Shown here piece after piece: positions 22,143 through 35,722 of a stretch of DNA of 64,000 nt. Both the position numbers and the translations under genes were made by a program. The notes beneath the pieces were generated by a model. That model did not search any database. It was given only the letters and a program-made list of their open reading frames with translations, and was not told where the DNA came from. How positions within the stretch are numbered: position 1 is the stretch's first letter; the number at the start of each line of letters is the position of its first letter. Source of the stretch: Azolla caroliniana (Eukaryota; Plantae; Polypodiophyta); the NCBI GenBank assembly GCA_043228905.1, contig JBHGNT010000008.1:18600001-18664000 (forward strand). Direction: 5' to 3'.

Positions 22143-25100
22143 TCTGACGAAGGAGAGCTCAAGGTTGTTGCCTTGGAGCCTCTAGTTGAACTCCTCCCCT
22201 TATAGTGATCTAGTTCGGAGTTCGAGGACTCCTGTGGTTTTTCCCTTTCAAGTTTTCCACGTTAAATATCTGTGTCTCGTTTCTGAGTTTCTCGTTTTCT
22301 GTTCTTTCTTGTCTATGCACTGCCGTTGTCGATTCTTTGCACCCCAACATACGTACAAGTAATCGGTTCCGATACTGACAAAGAGGTATCAGAGTGATGG
22401 ACGAATATTTCGGTGCACTAACTATTCAATGTGGAAGTTGAAGATGCGGGATATGCCCGTGTGCAAAGACTTGTGGTTGTTGGTGCAGTACGGAAAGATA
22501 AACCTAGACAAGATCGATGCATCGACTTGGGAAGTCATGCATCTGGAGACGGTTGCATACATAAGGTGTTTTATAAACATGAGTCTATGCAACAAATTTG
22601 ATGAAGAAGATTGGCGTGATGTTTGAAAACAAGAACATCGTGAACAAAGTCTTAGTTTTCAGAAAAATCGTGAGACTCCGGTATCAAGACGACTCCAACA
22701 TGGCAGAGCATATTAATGTCGTCCAAGGACTGATGAACCAAACCACCTCACTAGAAATACCTCTTGTCGATGAGGTATTAGCACTGTTGTTGCTGGGATC
22801 CCTTTCGGACATCTGGGAGACGCTTGTTGTCACATTGGGCAACGCCGGACCGGACTGGAAGCATCTATCCCTAGAGCAGGTGAAGTCGAGCTTACTGAAC
22901 GAGGAAGCTCGCTGGAAGGACCGAGAGTCCATTGTCGACCCAAAGGCCTTAGTCATGGAAAGTGACACAAATCGAGGAAGAGGCCGAAATAGAAGTACCC
23001 AAAATCGAGATAAGTTGGGGACAAGATCGAAGTTGAGGGGAACGCCCACGTGCTTCTATTGTGGGAAGCCAGGGCACTTACAAAAGAACTGCCAACACTT
23101 TCGAAAGGAGAAAGGGGGAGCTAATGGTGTCGAGACAAAGAAAATCCCAAACAAAAAGAACACCTCTGCAATTGCCGCAAGTGAAGAGGAGTTGTTGTTC
23201 ATTAGTGAACAAAATGAGGTCAATCTTGCCGGCGAAGAATCGGCATGGGTGGTCAATTTGGGTGTGTTGTTTCACCTAACCCTCGACCGAAAGTGCTTCT
23301 CATCATACAAGGCCGGAGACCACAGTCTTGTAAAAATGGGAAATGAAGGAGCATGCTGAATCGTCGGCATAGGAGATGTGTGTCTGATGACATCGACTGG
23401 GTGCAGACTAGTTCTGAGAGATGTTCGACACGTTCCGGAAGTTTGATTGAATCTTATATCAGCTGGTTGGCGAGATGATGAAGGCTACACGGGTAGCATC
23501 CGGAACGACATCATGAAGTTCTGGAAGGGAATCTTGATCATGGCACGAGCCCGGAAAACCAACACGCTATATATAATACATGCTCGATTATACCGAAATG
23601 AAGTAAACGTGGTAACTGACATAGCCGGTGAGTTGTGGCACAAGAGGCTATGCCACATGAACCAAAAGGGAATGTAGATGCTAGCCGAAAAAGAACTCCT
23701 ACCAGAGGTAAAGAAAGTGCATATGGATAAGTGTGCCGATTGCCTGGCGGGTAACCAAAACAGAACCTCCTTCTGATCGAGGCCCCCGATGAGGAAGAAA
23801 ACGCACATACCAACGTATGTTGCATGGACATGAAGTTGCATGCTAATTCACAGTATTTCGTGACCTTCATAGACGACTGTAGCCGAAAGTTGTGGCCTTC
23901 CGTGCTGAAGAAGAAGGATCAGGTGCTATCCGTCTTCAAAGAGTTCCAAGCGAGGGCCGAGAGGGAAACCAACTGAAAACTGAAAGCACTTTGAGCAGAC
24001 AATGGTGGAGAGTATCGTGGACCATTCAAAGAATATTGCCGAACATAGGGAATCCGGCTCGAGTATACCGTGCCGAAGACGCCAGAGATTAACGGGTTGA
24101 CTGAGAGAATGAACCGGACCGTAATGGAGAGGGTCCGAAGTATGCTTGCACATGCAAAGTTACCAAAGACGTTCTGGGCTAAGGCACTAATGATGGCAAG
24201 TATGTGATAAACCGATCACCCTCAGTTTATTCCACAAAGGATGCGGAGCGGCAAAGACGTTTCATACCAACACATGAGGGTGTTAGGTTGTCTTGCCTAT
24301 GTGCATGTTGCAAAGGACAAAAGGGGGAATTTGGACTTGAAATCTCGGCTACGACAACGACGAATTCGGCTATCGGCTATGGGACTTAGCCTAGAAGAAG
24401 GTGATTAGGAGCTGAGACATTTTCTTCATGGAAGAGAAGACGATTTTCGATTGGGAGATTGAGAATAAGTGTCCAACTACTGAATCGAGCTGAGTCGATG
24501 CTCGGCCAAATCGAGTAGAAGTCGATTCGATCGAAATCGAATCTGAGCTATTCGGCAAATTAAATACTCGGCAAAATCGAGAACGGATTGGAGAACAAGG
24601 GGAACCGATCGAACCAGGAACCGAATTTGACTTGGTCGAAGAAGTTGAAGAAGAACCGACTATGCCGAATGAAGAGCGTGTACAACTAACCGATGAGGGG
24701 GAGCCAGAGAGCTTCGAAGAAGCTAAGAACGATACCCACAACCAAAAGTGGTTAAGTGCCATGCAAGAGGAGATGGATTCCTTGCATGAGAACCGCACAT
24801 ACAAATTGACCGAGTTGCCGAAAGGGAAGAAGGCACTACGGAATAAGTGGGTATAGAAGTTGAAACCGAGAGATGGCGGGAATCCACAAACTGTCATGAA
24901 AGGTTTTTAGCAGAAGAAGGGTGCCAATTTTGACGAAATATTTGCCACGGTTGTGAAGATGACGTCAATCCAAATAGTGTTGAGCATCGCGATTAGCATG
25001 GATCTCGAAGTAGAACAGCTAGACGTCAAGACTGCCTTCCTTCATGGAGCATTGGAGGAAGAGATATACATGCATCAACTAGAAGGACTCCAAGAAAAAG

Positions 25101-26194
25101 GTAAAGAAAACCTAGTATGCCGATTGAGAAAGAGCCTATATGGGCTGAAGCAGGCACCTCAACAATGGTACCAAAAGTTCGAATCTTTCATGGTGGATCA
25201 CGATTTTAGCAAGACACATGCTGATCATTGCATCTTTCTCAAGAAGTATGATGGAGGAGATTTTCTCATCCTCATGTTGTATGTTGATGACATGTTGATT
25301 GTCGAACAAGGCTCAAAGAAAATCGAAAGCTTGATGAAGGCCTTGAGTAGGTCATTCTCGATGAAGGATATGGGTCAAGCAAAACAAATCCTGGGAATGC
25401 ACATTGTTCGGGATCAAACAAAGAAATTATTAAGGTTGTCACATGAGAAGTACATGACAAAACTGCTCCAGAGATTTGGCATGGAAAGCATGAAACCGGT
25501 CGGCTCGACACTACCAACAAATTGTAAGCTGTCTAGAAACCAGATTCCAAAATCAAAAACCAAGAAGGCTGAGATGTCAAAAGTCCCTTATGCCTCGGCA
25601 ATCAGAAGCCTGATGTATGTGATGGTTTGTACTAGGCCAAACATCGGATACGTTGTCGGAATCGTCAGCTGATATATGAGCAATCCCGGAAGAGCGGTCA
25701 AGTGGATACTTCGATACTTAAGAGGCACCTCCAACGTGTGTCACCAATTCGGCTCAGGTAACCCCACATTGGAAGGTTATATGGATTTGGACATCTTGGT
25801 TGATGCGGATACCAGCTGATCCACGTCTAGATATGTAATGACTTACATGGGGGGCGTTGTTTCGTGGTAGTCGAGACTGCAAAAGGCCGTGGCGCTGTCA
25901 ACCACGGAAGCCGAGTATATGGACGCAGCAAAAGCCGGTAGGGAAGTAATTTGGATGAGGGAGTTCATTAGAGAGTTGGGAATTCGGCAAGAGGAATTCT
26001 GACTCCATTGCGATAACCAGAGTGCCATCCACCTTGCGAAGAATGTCACCTACCAGTCAAGAACCAAGCACATCCAAAGAAGATACCATTGGCTCAGAGA
26101 GCAAGTAGAAGAAAAGGAGTTGGCTCTAGTAAAGATCCACACAAACGACAACGGGTCAGACATGCCGATGAAGGTGTTATCGGCGGAGAGGTTG
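22143..26194 (+). mobile_element. Element F: decayed Ty1/Copia (Tnt1/Tork-like, related to element I), truncated at both ends
   Basis: Partial LTR ending 22380, degenerate Met PBS ggtatcagag, gag knuckle CFYCGKPGHLQKNC, INT, RT (LYVDDML) and RH with many stops. Confidence 0.9.
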
Positions 26195-29100
26195 AGCTCA
26201 ACTGGTAAGGTTGCCCAATAAGACCAGAAGGTCATGGGTACAACCCCCACCATTCCATGTGGCATCCTGTCTATGACATCATCCTCCCTCTAAGGCCGCC
26301 TCCTAGGACGCGCGGCCGGTTTCTGTGGATAAAGTTCATGAAATGCTTGAACTATGTCTATGGCATGCTTGAGATGGTGTGTCGGCTCCCATTTTGCTTC
26401 AGAGATCGGGTACCGTTTCCAGAGGACAAGGTGTTGAAGCTGGCGATGGAAGAGACAAGAGTCGAGAATTTGGTCGACCTCATATTCTTCTTCGGTTGAG
26501 AGCTGGATTGGTGGAGGAGGAGAAGGGTGTCGACCGGGGATTTCAGATATATGGTGAGGTTCCAAAAGGGGGACATGGAATACATTATGAATACGGAAAT
26601 GGGATGGTAGCTCTAAGCGGATAGCCATGGAACCAATTTTCTCAATGATTTTGAAAAGGGCCTAACTTCTTGTAATCAAGCTTCGGACAAGGATGAGTGA
26701 TGGCAATATTGCGACGGAGAAGCCAAACAAAGTCACCTACCTCGAACCAAGGAGCATCTAAGCGAAGACGATCAGCTTGCTCCTTGTAGTGTTCGCCAGC
26801 GAGGGTGAGCTCCAAGGAAAGATCGCAATGTACATCCTCCAAGAGACATGCTCGGTCCTCGCAGAAGGATTGACAGAGTCTGAGGGAAGCGAAATGTTGA
26901 AGCGGGGGTGGAGACCGTAGTTTGCAAAAAATGGAGTAACTCCCATAGATGTATGTAGAGTTGTTGTAGGCGAACTCGGCAAGTGGGAGAACGTCAACCC
27001 AATTGTCTTCTTGGTAGCTGTTGAGAATCGAACTCAACTTCCCATAGATAGGTTTCACACTAGCTCATGGACATACCATGCTAGTTTTGTAAATAGTAGA
27101 AAGGGCACTTGCCCTAGCTTAGTTGGTATTTAAACCAACCCCTTGTAACTTAGTTGTTGTTGGATGTCTTATGCTTTGATGTAATTTTGGTCAATATACA
27201 GTTTTTCTATCTCTGTCTTAGAGCTCTCTCTCTCTCACTCTGTCTTGAGACAAACACACACACTCATCTTCCGCTGCATTACAACCACTCTTGCCTCCTC
27301 ATTTCTTTACATGGTATCAGAGCGAGTGGTTGCCTGATCAAGCATTTTCGACTGTGTTGTGCTGCACGTCGACGATCAACAGAACTAGCCCATCGACAGA
27401 GAAGAAATCACCGATGAATACTCAAATGGGAAGCGCCCTTCCTACCGAGAAGCTTGACAAAACAAACTTTGCATCTTGAGAATACAAGATGCATCAATAT
27501 CTTGTCGGACAAGGCTAGTGGAGCTACATCGAAGGAGCTCACGAATCACACCCCAACCCAACACACGCCAACTATCATGTTTGGGAGCAGGCCGCAAGCC
27601 GTGTGTTGTATTGCCTTGCATCATGCGTTCATGATCATATGCTTGGCTACATTCGAGAGGCAAAAACGCCGAAGCAGTCGTGGGAAAACCTCAAGAAGAT
27701 TTTCGCAGCCAATACGGCAGCACGAAAGCTCCAACTTCGACAGGAGCTGAACAATCTTCAACAAAGGGACATGTCAATCGGCAACTACACCTTAAAGATT
27801 AAGGAGTTGTGTGATGCCCTTGGATCGATCAATGTGAGCATTGACGACGAAGAAATGGTGTAGATAAGCCTCGGTGGCTTAGCACCGCGATTTGGCACAA
27901 TAAAGATCAGTCGTTCTCGCGAGAGAGAATCCTCCCTCCTTTTTTGATCTCCAATCGTTATTGTTGGTCGAAGAGAACCATGTGCGTCAAAGGAACAACG
28001 CACACGAAGGATAAATGCTATATTCGAACTTCGATGGAAGCAGAGGACGCGGTCGCGGTAGGAGAGGCCAATACGGCCAAGGTCGACACAATCAACATCG
28101 TAACTCCCACCAATGGCAAGTGGACAGAAACGGCCCCAAAGAGTTCGGTGGAAGGGGGAGTCATCATGTCGAACCAAGCAACCGTAGGAACCCAGTTGAG
28201 TGCGGGTACTGCGGAAAACCCGGCCACTACGAAGAGGAGTGTCAGAAGAAGAAGCGTGAGCAAGGCCGACAACTAACAAATTATGCCACAAACTCCGACT
28301 ACGGCAACCGCGGTGGAATGTTCATAATGAAGCACGAAGCGCGCTCCATGTCCGCACTTACGTCAACTACCGCTTCCACTCCGAACTACGTATGGTTTGT
28401 CAATTCGAGAGCATCAAATCACATGACGTCCCATGAAGATTGGTTTCGGGAACTTCGGAAGCCCGAACGTCCCAGATTTGTCGAAACAGGAGATGACACG
28501 ACTCACCCCATACAGCATATCGGGAACGTCCCATTCGAAAACGACGACAAATAGACCTACCTCAAGAATGTGCTGCATGTCCCCACCATCACGAAAAACC
28601 TGGTCTCAGTCTGCCAGATTGTCGATCAAGGAATGCAAGTACGCTTCAATAATGACGTATGCTTCATCGAAAAAGGCGATCAAGTCATAGCTCACGGCCG
28701 ACGAGAAGGCCGTATGTTCATCCTCGAATCGAGCGAGGTAAAGTCAGCCATGTACGCAAAGGGCCAGAAAGTCGAATCCGACTTAAAACTGTGGCACAAG
28801 ATAATCGGCCACATTAATCTCCAGAAGCTACAAAACATGCAATCGAAAGGAGTCATAATCGGACTCCCGAACTTTACGGCAAAGGAGATTACAGGCGTAT
28901 GCGAAGCATGTCAGTTCGGAAAGCAACACCATCACCCATTCCCTAACGAGCGGAATGTGAGCAAAGGGATCTTGGATGTCGTACAATCGGATGTGTGGGG
29001 ACCAGCCTAGATAGCAACATTCGGCTGATGCCGATACTATGTCACGTTCATCGACGACTTCTCTAGGAACACTTGGATCTATCTGATGAAGCAAAAGAGT

Positions 29101-29713
29101 GAAGTGTTCAAGCACTTCCAGACATTCAAGGCCGAAATCGAAAAAACTACAGGTCGGCATATACGTTGTCTTCGATCAAATGGAGGCAAAGAATATTTTT
29201 CGGATGAATTTTCGGCATATCTCCGAAAAGAAGGAATCCGACGAGAGGTCTTGTGTCGACACACGCCTCAGCAAAACGGTGTAGCAAAGCATAAAAATCG
29301 CCATGTAGTAGAAGTCGCACGAGCCATGATGAACAAGAAGAACCTGCCGAAATCATATTGGGCAGAAGCGGCAAATACGGCCATATATCTCATGAACAGA
29401 TGCACAACCTCGGGAGTACACGATATAACTCCACATGAGAAATTCTTCGGAAAGAAGCCGGACTTGTCACATGTCCGCATTTTCGGTTCTATCGCCTACG
29501 TACATATTCCCGACGATCGCAACAAATGCTTGACCCAAAGTCGGAGAAATGTATCCTCGTAGGATACTCACTCGAACAGAAGGGGTACAAATGCTACAAC
29601 CCATCTACCCGTAAGGTTCGAACAAGTCGAGACGTAGTCTTTGACGAATACGCATCCTGGTACACACCAATGAATACTTCGACTCCAACCCCGATCGACG
29701 CATATGACACTGA

Positions 29714-32700
29714 TGTTGGGATTTCGGTCCCTTTCGGATGGGATGGTAGGATATCGGAGATGAATGCCGACAAGCCCGGTTTCGGTTTCGGATCCGGATG
29801 ACGAAGACCCCGGTTTCGGTACCGGATGACGAATGTACCCGGAGAGCAATCCGGATGCAGGGACATATCCGTGAATATGTTCGCTATGGGCCCCTGAGGC
29901 CACAGTTGTAAATAGTCCCAAAGTCATATGTGTATAAATATGACTTAGGGCAAACAGTTTTAGTGTTGCTTCTTATTTTTCTGTTTTTCCACTTTAGAGG
30001 AGTGAAGAGGGAGCAGCCGTGAGAGAGAGATAGAGCGCGAGAGAGGAAGAGGACGACGCCTCTGTGTATTTCCGCCGCCTGTGGCGAGGACAGCGAGCTC
30101 AAGGTCGTCGCCTTGGAGCTCGTCATTGTATACTTCTCTTGTATAGTGTTGTTTGGAGTCTTGTACTCCCGTGGTTTTTTTCCCGTATAGGGTTTTCCAC
30201 GTTAATCCCTGTGTATCGTGTCTTTCTCTGTATTTCCTATTTTCTGCTGCATTGATCCGCGATTACTCGGTTGTGGCCGAGGGAAGAAGGTGAATCCAAT
30301 CGTTGATTCTCAACAAACTGGTATCAGAGCGACTGTTGCAGAAAATGGAAGGCGGCGGCAGCGGGCAGCCGATGATGATGGTGCTGAATGCGCAGAATTA
30401 CGCCGACTGGAAGATCAAGATGGAGGATCTTCTGATTGTTCGGGACCTGTACGAACCGATTGACAGGTCGGAAATACCGAAAGGGGTACTTGAGTCGGAG
30501 TGGAAGCTCCTAAACCGGAAAGCCGTAGCGACGATCCGACAATATGTCGATGTAAGCGTCCTACAACATGTGGCGAACGACACCAACGCATATGAGATGT
30601 GGAAGAAGCTGTCGGGCCTCTATGAGAGGAAGAATGCGTTGAACCGGACCTCCCTGATGAGGAAGATAGTGAATCTCAAGTACCGGGACGGCGAGAGTAT
30701 GGTTGAACACGTAAGCACGTTCATGGGATTCGTGAATCAGCTTGCGGCGATCAAGTTCCCGTTGGAGGATGCAATGCAAGCCATCATCCTGATGTGTACA
30801 TTGCCGGAAAGCTGGGAGAACTTGGTGGTGACTCTCAGCACCTCCTGCACCGAAGATAACTTGTCCTTACAAACGGTAAAGACAAGTATTCTGAATGAAG
30901 AAGCGCGTCGGAGAGATAAGGAACCGGCCTCCGACCCGAAGATGCTGTTTACCGAATCGGATCGGGGAAGACAATGGAACCGGAGTCCGCAAAGACGGGA
31001 GAAGTCGGGGACCTGGTCGCAGTCAAGAGGAAGGCCCACATGCTTCCACTGTGGGAAGCCGGGGCACTTCCGAAAGAATTGTCGGCATTACCGAAAAGAC
31101 AATGGAACCGACAACACCGATTCGAAGAAGTCACCGGAGAGAAACGGTGCATACCGGGGAGCCACGGACCGGAATGGTTCGGATCGGCGAGGACAGGACC
31201 GGAAAGGAACGACGGCACTCGCGGCAAGTGAGGAAGAAATCATGCTCATCACCGAAGAAGGTGAACTAAACATTGCCGGCGATGAGACGACCTGGGTGGT
31301 CGATTCCGGAGCATCGTTCCACCTGACCCCGGAGAGAAGATACTTCTCATCCTACACAGCCGGTGAGCATGGCTGTGTTCGGATGGGAAATGAAGGTACG
31401 TGCCGGATTTCCGGCATAGGAGACGTGTGGTTGACAACCCCGACCGGATGCAAAATGCTGCTGAAGGATGTCCGACACGTTCCGGAGGTTCGATTGAACC
31501 TGATTTCGGCCGGGAGGCTAGACGATGAAGGCTACACAGGTAGCATCCGGAACGGCGTAATGAAGTTCAGCAAGGGGAGCCTGATAGTGGCTCGGGCCCG
31601 GAAAGTCAACACACTGTACCTGATGAATGCCCGGTTATGTCCGGAAGAACTGAATGTGGCAGCCGACACTGCCGGTGAGCTGTGGCACAAGAGACTGTGC
31701 CACATGAGTGAGAAGGGGATGAAGAGGCTTGCAGAAGACAACCTCATCCCAGTGAAGCATGTGCACCTGGAGAAGTGCACCGATTGCCTGGCCGGTAAGC
31801 AGAACCGAACCTCCTTCCACTCAAGGCCACCGACGAGACGTAGCGCACCATTGGAGTTGGTGCACACTGACGTGTGTCAGGTAGAAATGAAGTCACATGG
31901 CGGAGCCCAGTACTTCGTAACATTCATTGATGATCACAGCCGGAAGCTGTGGACGGCACCGCTGAAGACGAAGGACCAAGTGTTGTGCGTCTTCAAAGAA
32001 CTCCACGCGAGAGTGGAAAGGGAATCCGGCAAGAAGCTGAAAGCGATACGAGCGGATAACGGAGGTGAATACCGGGGGCAGTTCCAGGAGTACTGTCGCT
32101 CGAAGGGAATCCGACTCGAGTTTACTGTGCCGAAGACGCCGGAACTGAACGGGCTGGCCGAGAGGATGAACCGGACCATAACGGAGAGGGTCCGGAGTAT
32201 GCTGGCGCATGCGAAATTACCCAAGGGGTTTTGGGCTGAGGCAATGTCGACGGCGACATACGTGATAAACAGATCACCCTCAGTGCCTTTGGATGGAGAC
32301 ACGCCGCAGAAAGTGTGGACCGGTAAGGAAGTGTCCTACCGGCATCTGAAGGTGTTCGGGTGTCTCGCATACGTGCATGTGGCAAAGGACCGGAGAGGAA
32401 AGCTAGATCCAAAGACCCGGCCATGCATATTCCTCGGTTACGGCGATGACGAGTTCGGCTACCGAGTATGGGACCCGGTCGACAAGAAGATATTCAGGAG
32501 TCGAGACATCATCTTCATGGAGGACAAGACACTCGCCGACTGGGAGTCGGAGAAGAAGGTAAAGAGCTCCAAGTCGACCGGTGAGGATCAACTCTACGAG
32601 GAGCAGTCCCGACCGGCAAGGGACCGGTTAGCACTCGAGGATCCGGCCGAAGACGGTGAAGAAACAGAACCGGCCGAAGAAGATGAAAACGATACCGGAA

Positions 32701-35030
32701 CCGGCCCCGATCCCGAAATGGATTCGGATGAAGAAGAATCGGAAGAACCGGTTACCGAAGCTCCGGAACGGAGATATCCTCTAAGAGAGAGAAGGGCCCC
32801 CCGGAGATTTCCGGAACCAGAGCACGTGCTACTAACCGACGAGGGGGAGCCGGAGAGCTTTGAAGAAGCAAAACAAGACACCCAGAGCCGCAGGTGGTTG
32901 AGTGCCATGCAGGACGAAATGGATTCCCTGCATGAGAACCACACATATGAACTTGTGGAGTTGCCGAAAGGAAAGCGGGCACTCCGAAACAAGTGGGTGT
33001 TCAAGCTGAAACCGGGAGATGCCGGAAACCCCCCGAGATACAAAGCCAGGATCGTGGTGAAGGGGTTTCAGCAGAAGAAGGGCGTCGACTTCGACGAGAT
33101 ATTTGCCCCGGTAGTGAAGATGACCTCCATCCGGACGGTGCTGAGCATAGCGGCAAGCATGGACCTCGAGGTAGAACAGATGGACGTGAAGACGGCATTC
33201 CTTCACGGTGACCTCGATGAAGAGATCTACATGCAGCAACCGGAAGGATTCGAGAAGAAAGGGAAGGAGCACCTGGTATGCCGGTTGAAGAAGAGCCTTT
33301 ACGGACTGAAGCAGGCTCCCCGGCAATGGTACCGGAAGTTCGACTCCTTCATGACCGACGAAGGGTACCTCAAAACGCAGTCCGACCACTGCGTGTTTGT
33401 GAAGAAGTTCGAAGGAGGAGACTTTCTAATACTCCTCCTGTACGTGGACGACATGTTGATCGTCGGACGGGACCAGGTCAAGATCCGGATGCTGAAGAAG
33501 GCTCTTCACCGAACCTTCTCAATGAAGGACCTGGGTCCGGCGAGACAAATACTAGGGATGCACATCATCCGGGACCGGAAGAAGAAGCAGTTGTGGCTGT
33601 CACAGGAGAAGTACGTGACGAAGGTGCTTCACCGGTTCAACATGTCGGAAGCAAGACCGGTCGGATCGACCCTCCCGACAAACTGCAAGCTGTCCAGCAA
33701 GCAAAGTCCCAAGACAAAGGCTGAAAAGGAGGATATGATGAAAGTGCCGTATGCCTCAGCCGTCGGGAGCTTGATGTACGCCATGGTGTGTACGAGACCG
33801 GACATCGGATATGCAGTCGGAGTGGTGAGCCGGTACATGAGCAATCCCGGCAAAGAGCATTGGAACGCGGCCAAGTGGATACTCCGATACCTGAAGGGCA
33901 CGGCAAACGTGTGCCTCCGATTCGGCTCCGGAAAGCCCGAACTCGACGGCTTTACCGATTCGGATATGTCGGCTGATGCAGATACCAGCCGGTCCACATC
34001 AGGGTATGTGATGACGTATGCAGGGGGAGCTGTTTCATGGCAGTCGAGGCTGCAGAAGACGGTTGCGCTGTCAACCACGGAGGCGGAGTACATGGCGGCT
34101 GTTGAAGCCGGCAAGGAAATAATATGGATGAAGGACTTCATTAGAGAGCTCGGTATCCGGCAGGAGGAGTACCGACTCTACTGCGACAGTCAGAGTGCAA
34201 TCCACCTTGCAAAGAACGCGGCCTATCACTCCCGGACGAAGCACATCCAGCGAAGATATCACTGGATCCGGGAAAGGATAGAAGACAAGGAGTTCGTGCT
34301 GACGAAGATCCACACGGACGAGAACGGGTCGGATATGCTGACCAAGGTGCTCACACCCGACAAGCTGGAAGCATGCCGGAAGAGGATCGGATTGGAGAGA
34401 CATCCCATGCCGAAGTGAAGGGGGAGTTTGTTGGGATTTCGGTCCCTTTCGGATGGGATGGTAGGATATCGGAGATGAATGCCGACAAGCCCGGTTTCGG
34501 TTTCGGATCCGGATGACGAAGACCCCGGTTTCGGTACCGGATGACGAATGTACCCGGAGAGCGATCCGGATGCAAGGACATATCCGTGAATATGTTCGCT
34601 ATGGGCCCCTGAGGCCACAGTTGTAAATAGTCCCAAAGTCATATGTGTATAAATATGACTTAGGGCAAACAGTTTTAGTGTTGCTTCTTATTTTTCTGTT
34701 TTTCCACTTTAGAGGAGTGAAGAGGGAGCAGCCGTGAGAGAGAGATAGAGCGCGAGAGAGGAAGAGGACGACGCCTCTGTGTATTTCCGCCGCCTGTGGC
34801 GAGGACAGCGAGCTCAAGGTCGTCGCCTTGGAGCTCGTCATTGTATACTTCTCTTGTATAGTGTTGTTTGGAGTCTTGTACTCCCGTGGTTTTTTTCCCG
34901 TATAGGGTTTTCCACGTTAATCCCTGTGTATCGTGTCTTTCTCTGTATTTCCTATTTTCTGCTGCATTGATCCGCGATTACTCGGTTGTGGCCGAGGGAA
35001 GAAGGTGAATCCAATCGTTGATTCTCAACA
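29714..35030 (+). mobile_element. Element I: intact young Ty1/Copia (Tnt1/Tork-like)
   Basis: 602-bp LTRs 29714..30315 and 34429..35030 (I see only two substitutions), TSD actga, PBS 30319-30330, PPT gaagggggag. Confidence 0.97.
30345..34418 (+). CDS. Copia gag-pol polyprotein (gag, PR, INT, RT, RNase H), uninterrupted
   Basis: CFHCGKPGHFRKNC, VVDSGAS, LWHKRLCH...CTDC, DDE core, LYVDDML, DSDM...LYCDSQSA. First ATG after the PBS is at 30345. Confidence 0.95.
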   Translation: MEGGGSGQPMMMVLNAQNYADWKIKMEDLLIVRDLYEPIDRSEIPKGVLESEWKLLNRKAVATIRQYVDVSVLQHVANDTNAYEMWKKLSGLYERKNALNRTSLMRKIVNLKYRDGESMVEHVSTFMGFVNQLAAIKFPLEDAMQAIILMCTLPESWENLVVTLSTSCTEDNLSLQTVKTSILNEEARRRDKEPASDPKMLFTESDRGRQWNRSPQRREKSGTWSQSRGRPTCFHCGKPGHFRKNCRHYRKDNGTDNTDSKKSPERNGAYRGATDRNGSDRRGQDRKGTTALAASEEEIMLITEEGELNIAGDETTWVVDSGASFHLTPERRYFSSYTAGEHGCVRMGNEGTCRISGIGDVWLTTPTGCKMLLKDVRHVPEVRLNLISAGRLDDEGYTGSIRNGVMKFSKGSLIVARARKVNTLYLMNARLCPEELNVAADTAGELWHKRLCHMSEKGMKRLAEDNLIPVKHVHLEKCTDCLAGKQNRTSFHSRPPTRRSAPLELVHTDVCQVEMKSHGGAQYFVTFIDDHSRKLWTAPLKTKDQVLCVFKELHARVERESGKKLKAIRADNGGEYRGQFQEYCRSKGIRLEFTVPKTPELNGLAERMNRTITERVRSMLAHAKLPKGFWAEAMSTATYVINRSPSVPLDGDTPQKVWTGKEVSYRHLKVFGCLAYVHVAKDRRGKLDPKTRPCIFLGYGDDEFGYRVWDPVDKKIFRSRDIIFMEDKTLADWESEKKVKSSKSTGEDQLYEEQSRPARDRLALEDPAEDGEETEPAEEDENDTGTGPDPEMDSDEEESEEPVTEAPERRYPLRERRAPRRFPEPEHVLLTDEGEPESFEEAKQDTQSRRWLSAMQDEMDSLHENHTYELVELPKGKRALRNKWVFKLKPGDAGNPPRYKARIVVKGFQQKKGVDFDEIFAPVVKMTSIRTVLSIAASMDLEVEQMDVKTAFLHGDLDEEIYMQQPEGFEKKGKEHLVCRLKKSLYGLKQAPRQWYRKFDSFMTDEGYLKTQSDHCVFVKKFEGGDFLILLLYVDDMLIVGRDQVKIRMLKKALHRTFSMKDLGPARQILGMHIIRDRKKKQLWLSQEKYVTKVLHRFNMSEARPVGSTLPTNCKLSSKQSPKTKAEKEDMMKVPYASAVGSLMYAMVCTRPDIGYAVGVVSRYMSNPGKEHWNAAKWILRYLKGTANVCLRFGSGKPELDGFTDSDMSADADTSRSTSGYVMTYAGGAVSWQSRLQKTVALSTTEAEYMAAVEAGKEIIWMKDFIRELGIRQEEYRLYCDSQSAIHLAKNAAYHSRTKHIQRRYHWIRERIEDKEFVLTKIHTDENGSDMLTKVLTPDKLEACRKRIGLERHPMPK

Positions 35031-35650
35031 ACTGAAACATAAATAGAAGCTGAGGATCGGCTCACACAGATGTTAGAAGACAACCTAATTACGACACGGC
35101 TAAGTGGGCCATCAGAGCCGCCGAGCGAGGAAAGCACATCTCGGCCTAGTCCGAAGCTAGACAAAGGGAAGGCAAAAATGCAGGAATATGAAGATCAGTT
35201 CGAATTCGAATTGACCCACTCCCTTGATAGTGAGTTTGAAGGCCTTGACACCGGGACAGACGGTGTCACGAAGATGCGCTTGCGTGTGTCACTCGAACGG
35301 GACCATCGAGGTCTCTGACCAGGGAGGACGTTTACCAAGTTATCGAGAAACAATGTTACCCTTGACAACATCAAAAGATTGATGATTATAAGAAGTACAA
35401 TAAGAAGTATCGAAGATGAAAGAAGATGAACAATAGAAGTATAATTATAACAAGAATTTTATATTGATGATGATGACGACGATGGTGATTATCACCTATT
35501 GAGCCCCCCTTACTCAAGCCCAACTAGAGGCTTTTATAGGTCTCTCCATGCTTGTGACATGCACAAAACCATGGTTTCACGTACACAGTTTTGTCTATTT
35601 GCTACCTATGGAATATTGAATATGAGAAGAAATAAACAAAATCTAAAGCA

Positions 35651-35722
35651 TGTAGTAGTAGCTTTAGTGGTATGATAATTGCCTTTTATCTTAGACGTGC
35701 AAGGTTCAAATCCTACTTGCAA
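35651..35722 (+). ncRNA. tRNA-like Pol III cassette in the first LTR of element L
   Basis: A-box tagctttagtgg (35659-35670), B-box ggttcaaatcc (35703-35713); shares gtgcaaggttcRaatcct with the B cassette. Confidence 0.55.

Noticed and set aside
30303-30344. N-terminal extension of the Copia I ORF from TTG 30303
   Set aside because: It begins inside the LTR/PBS; the first ATG after the PBS is at 30345.
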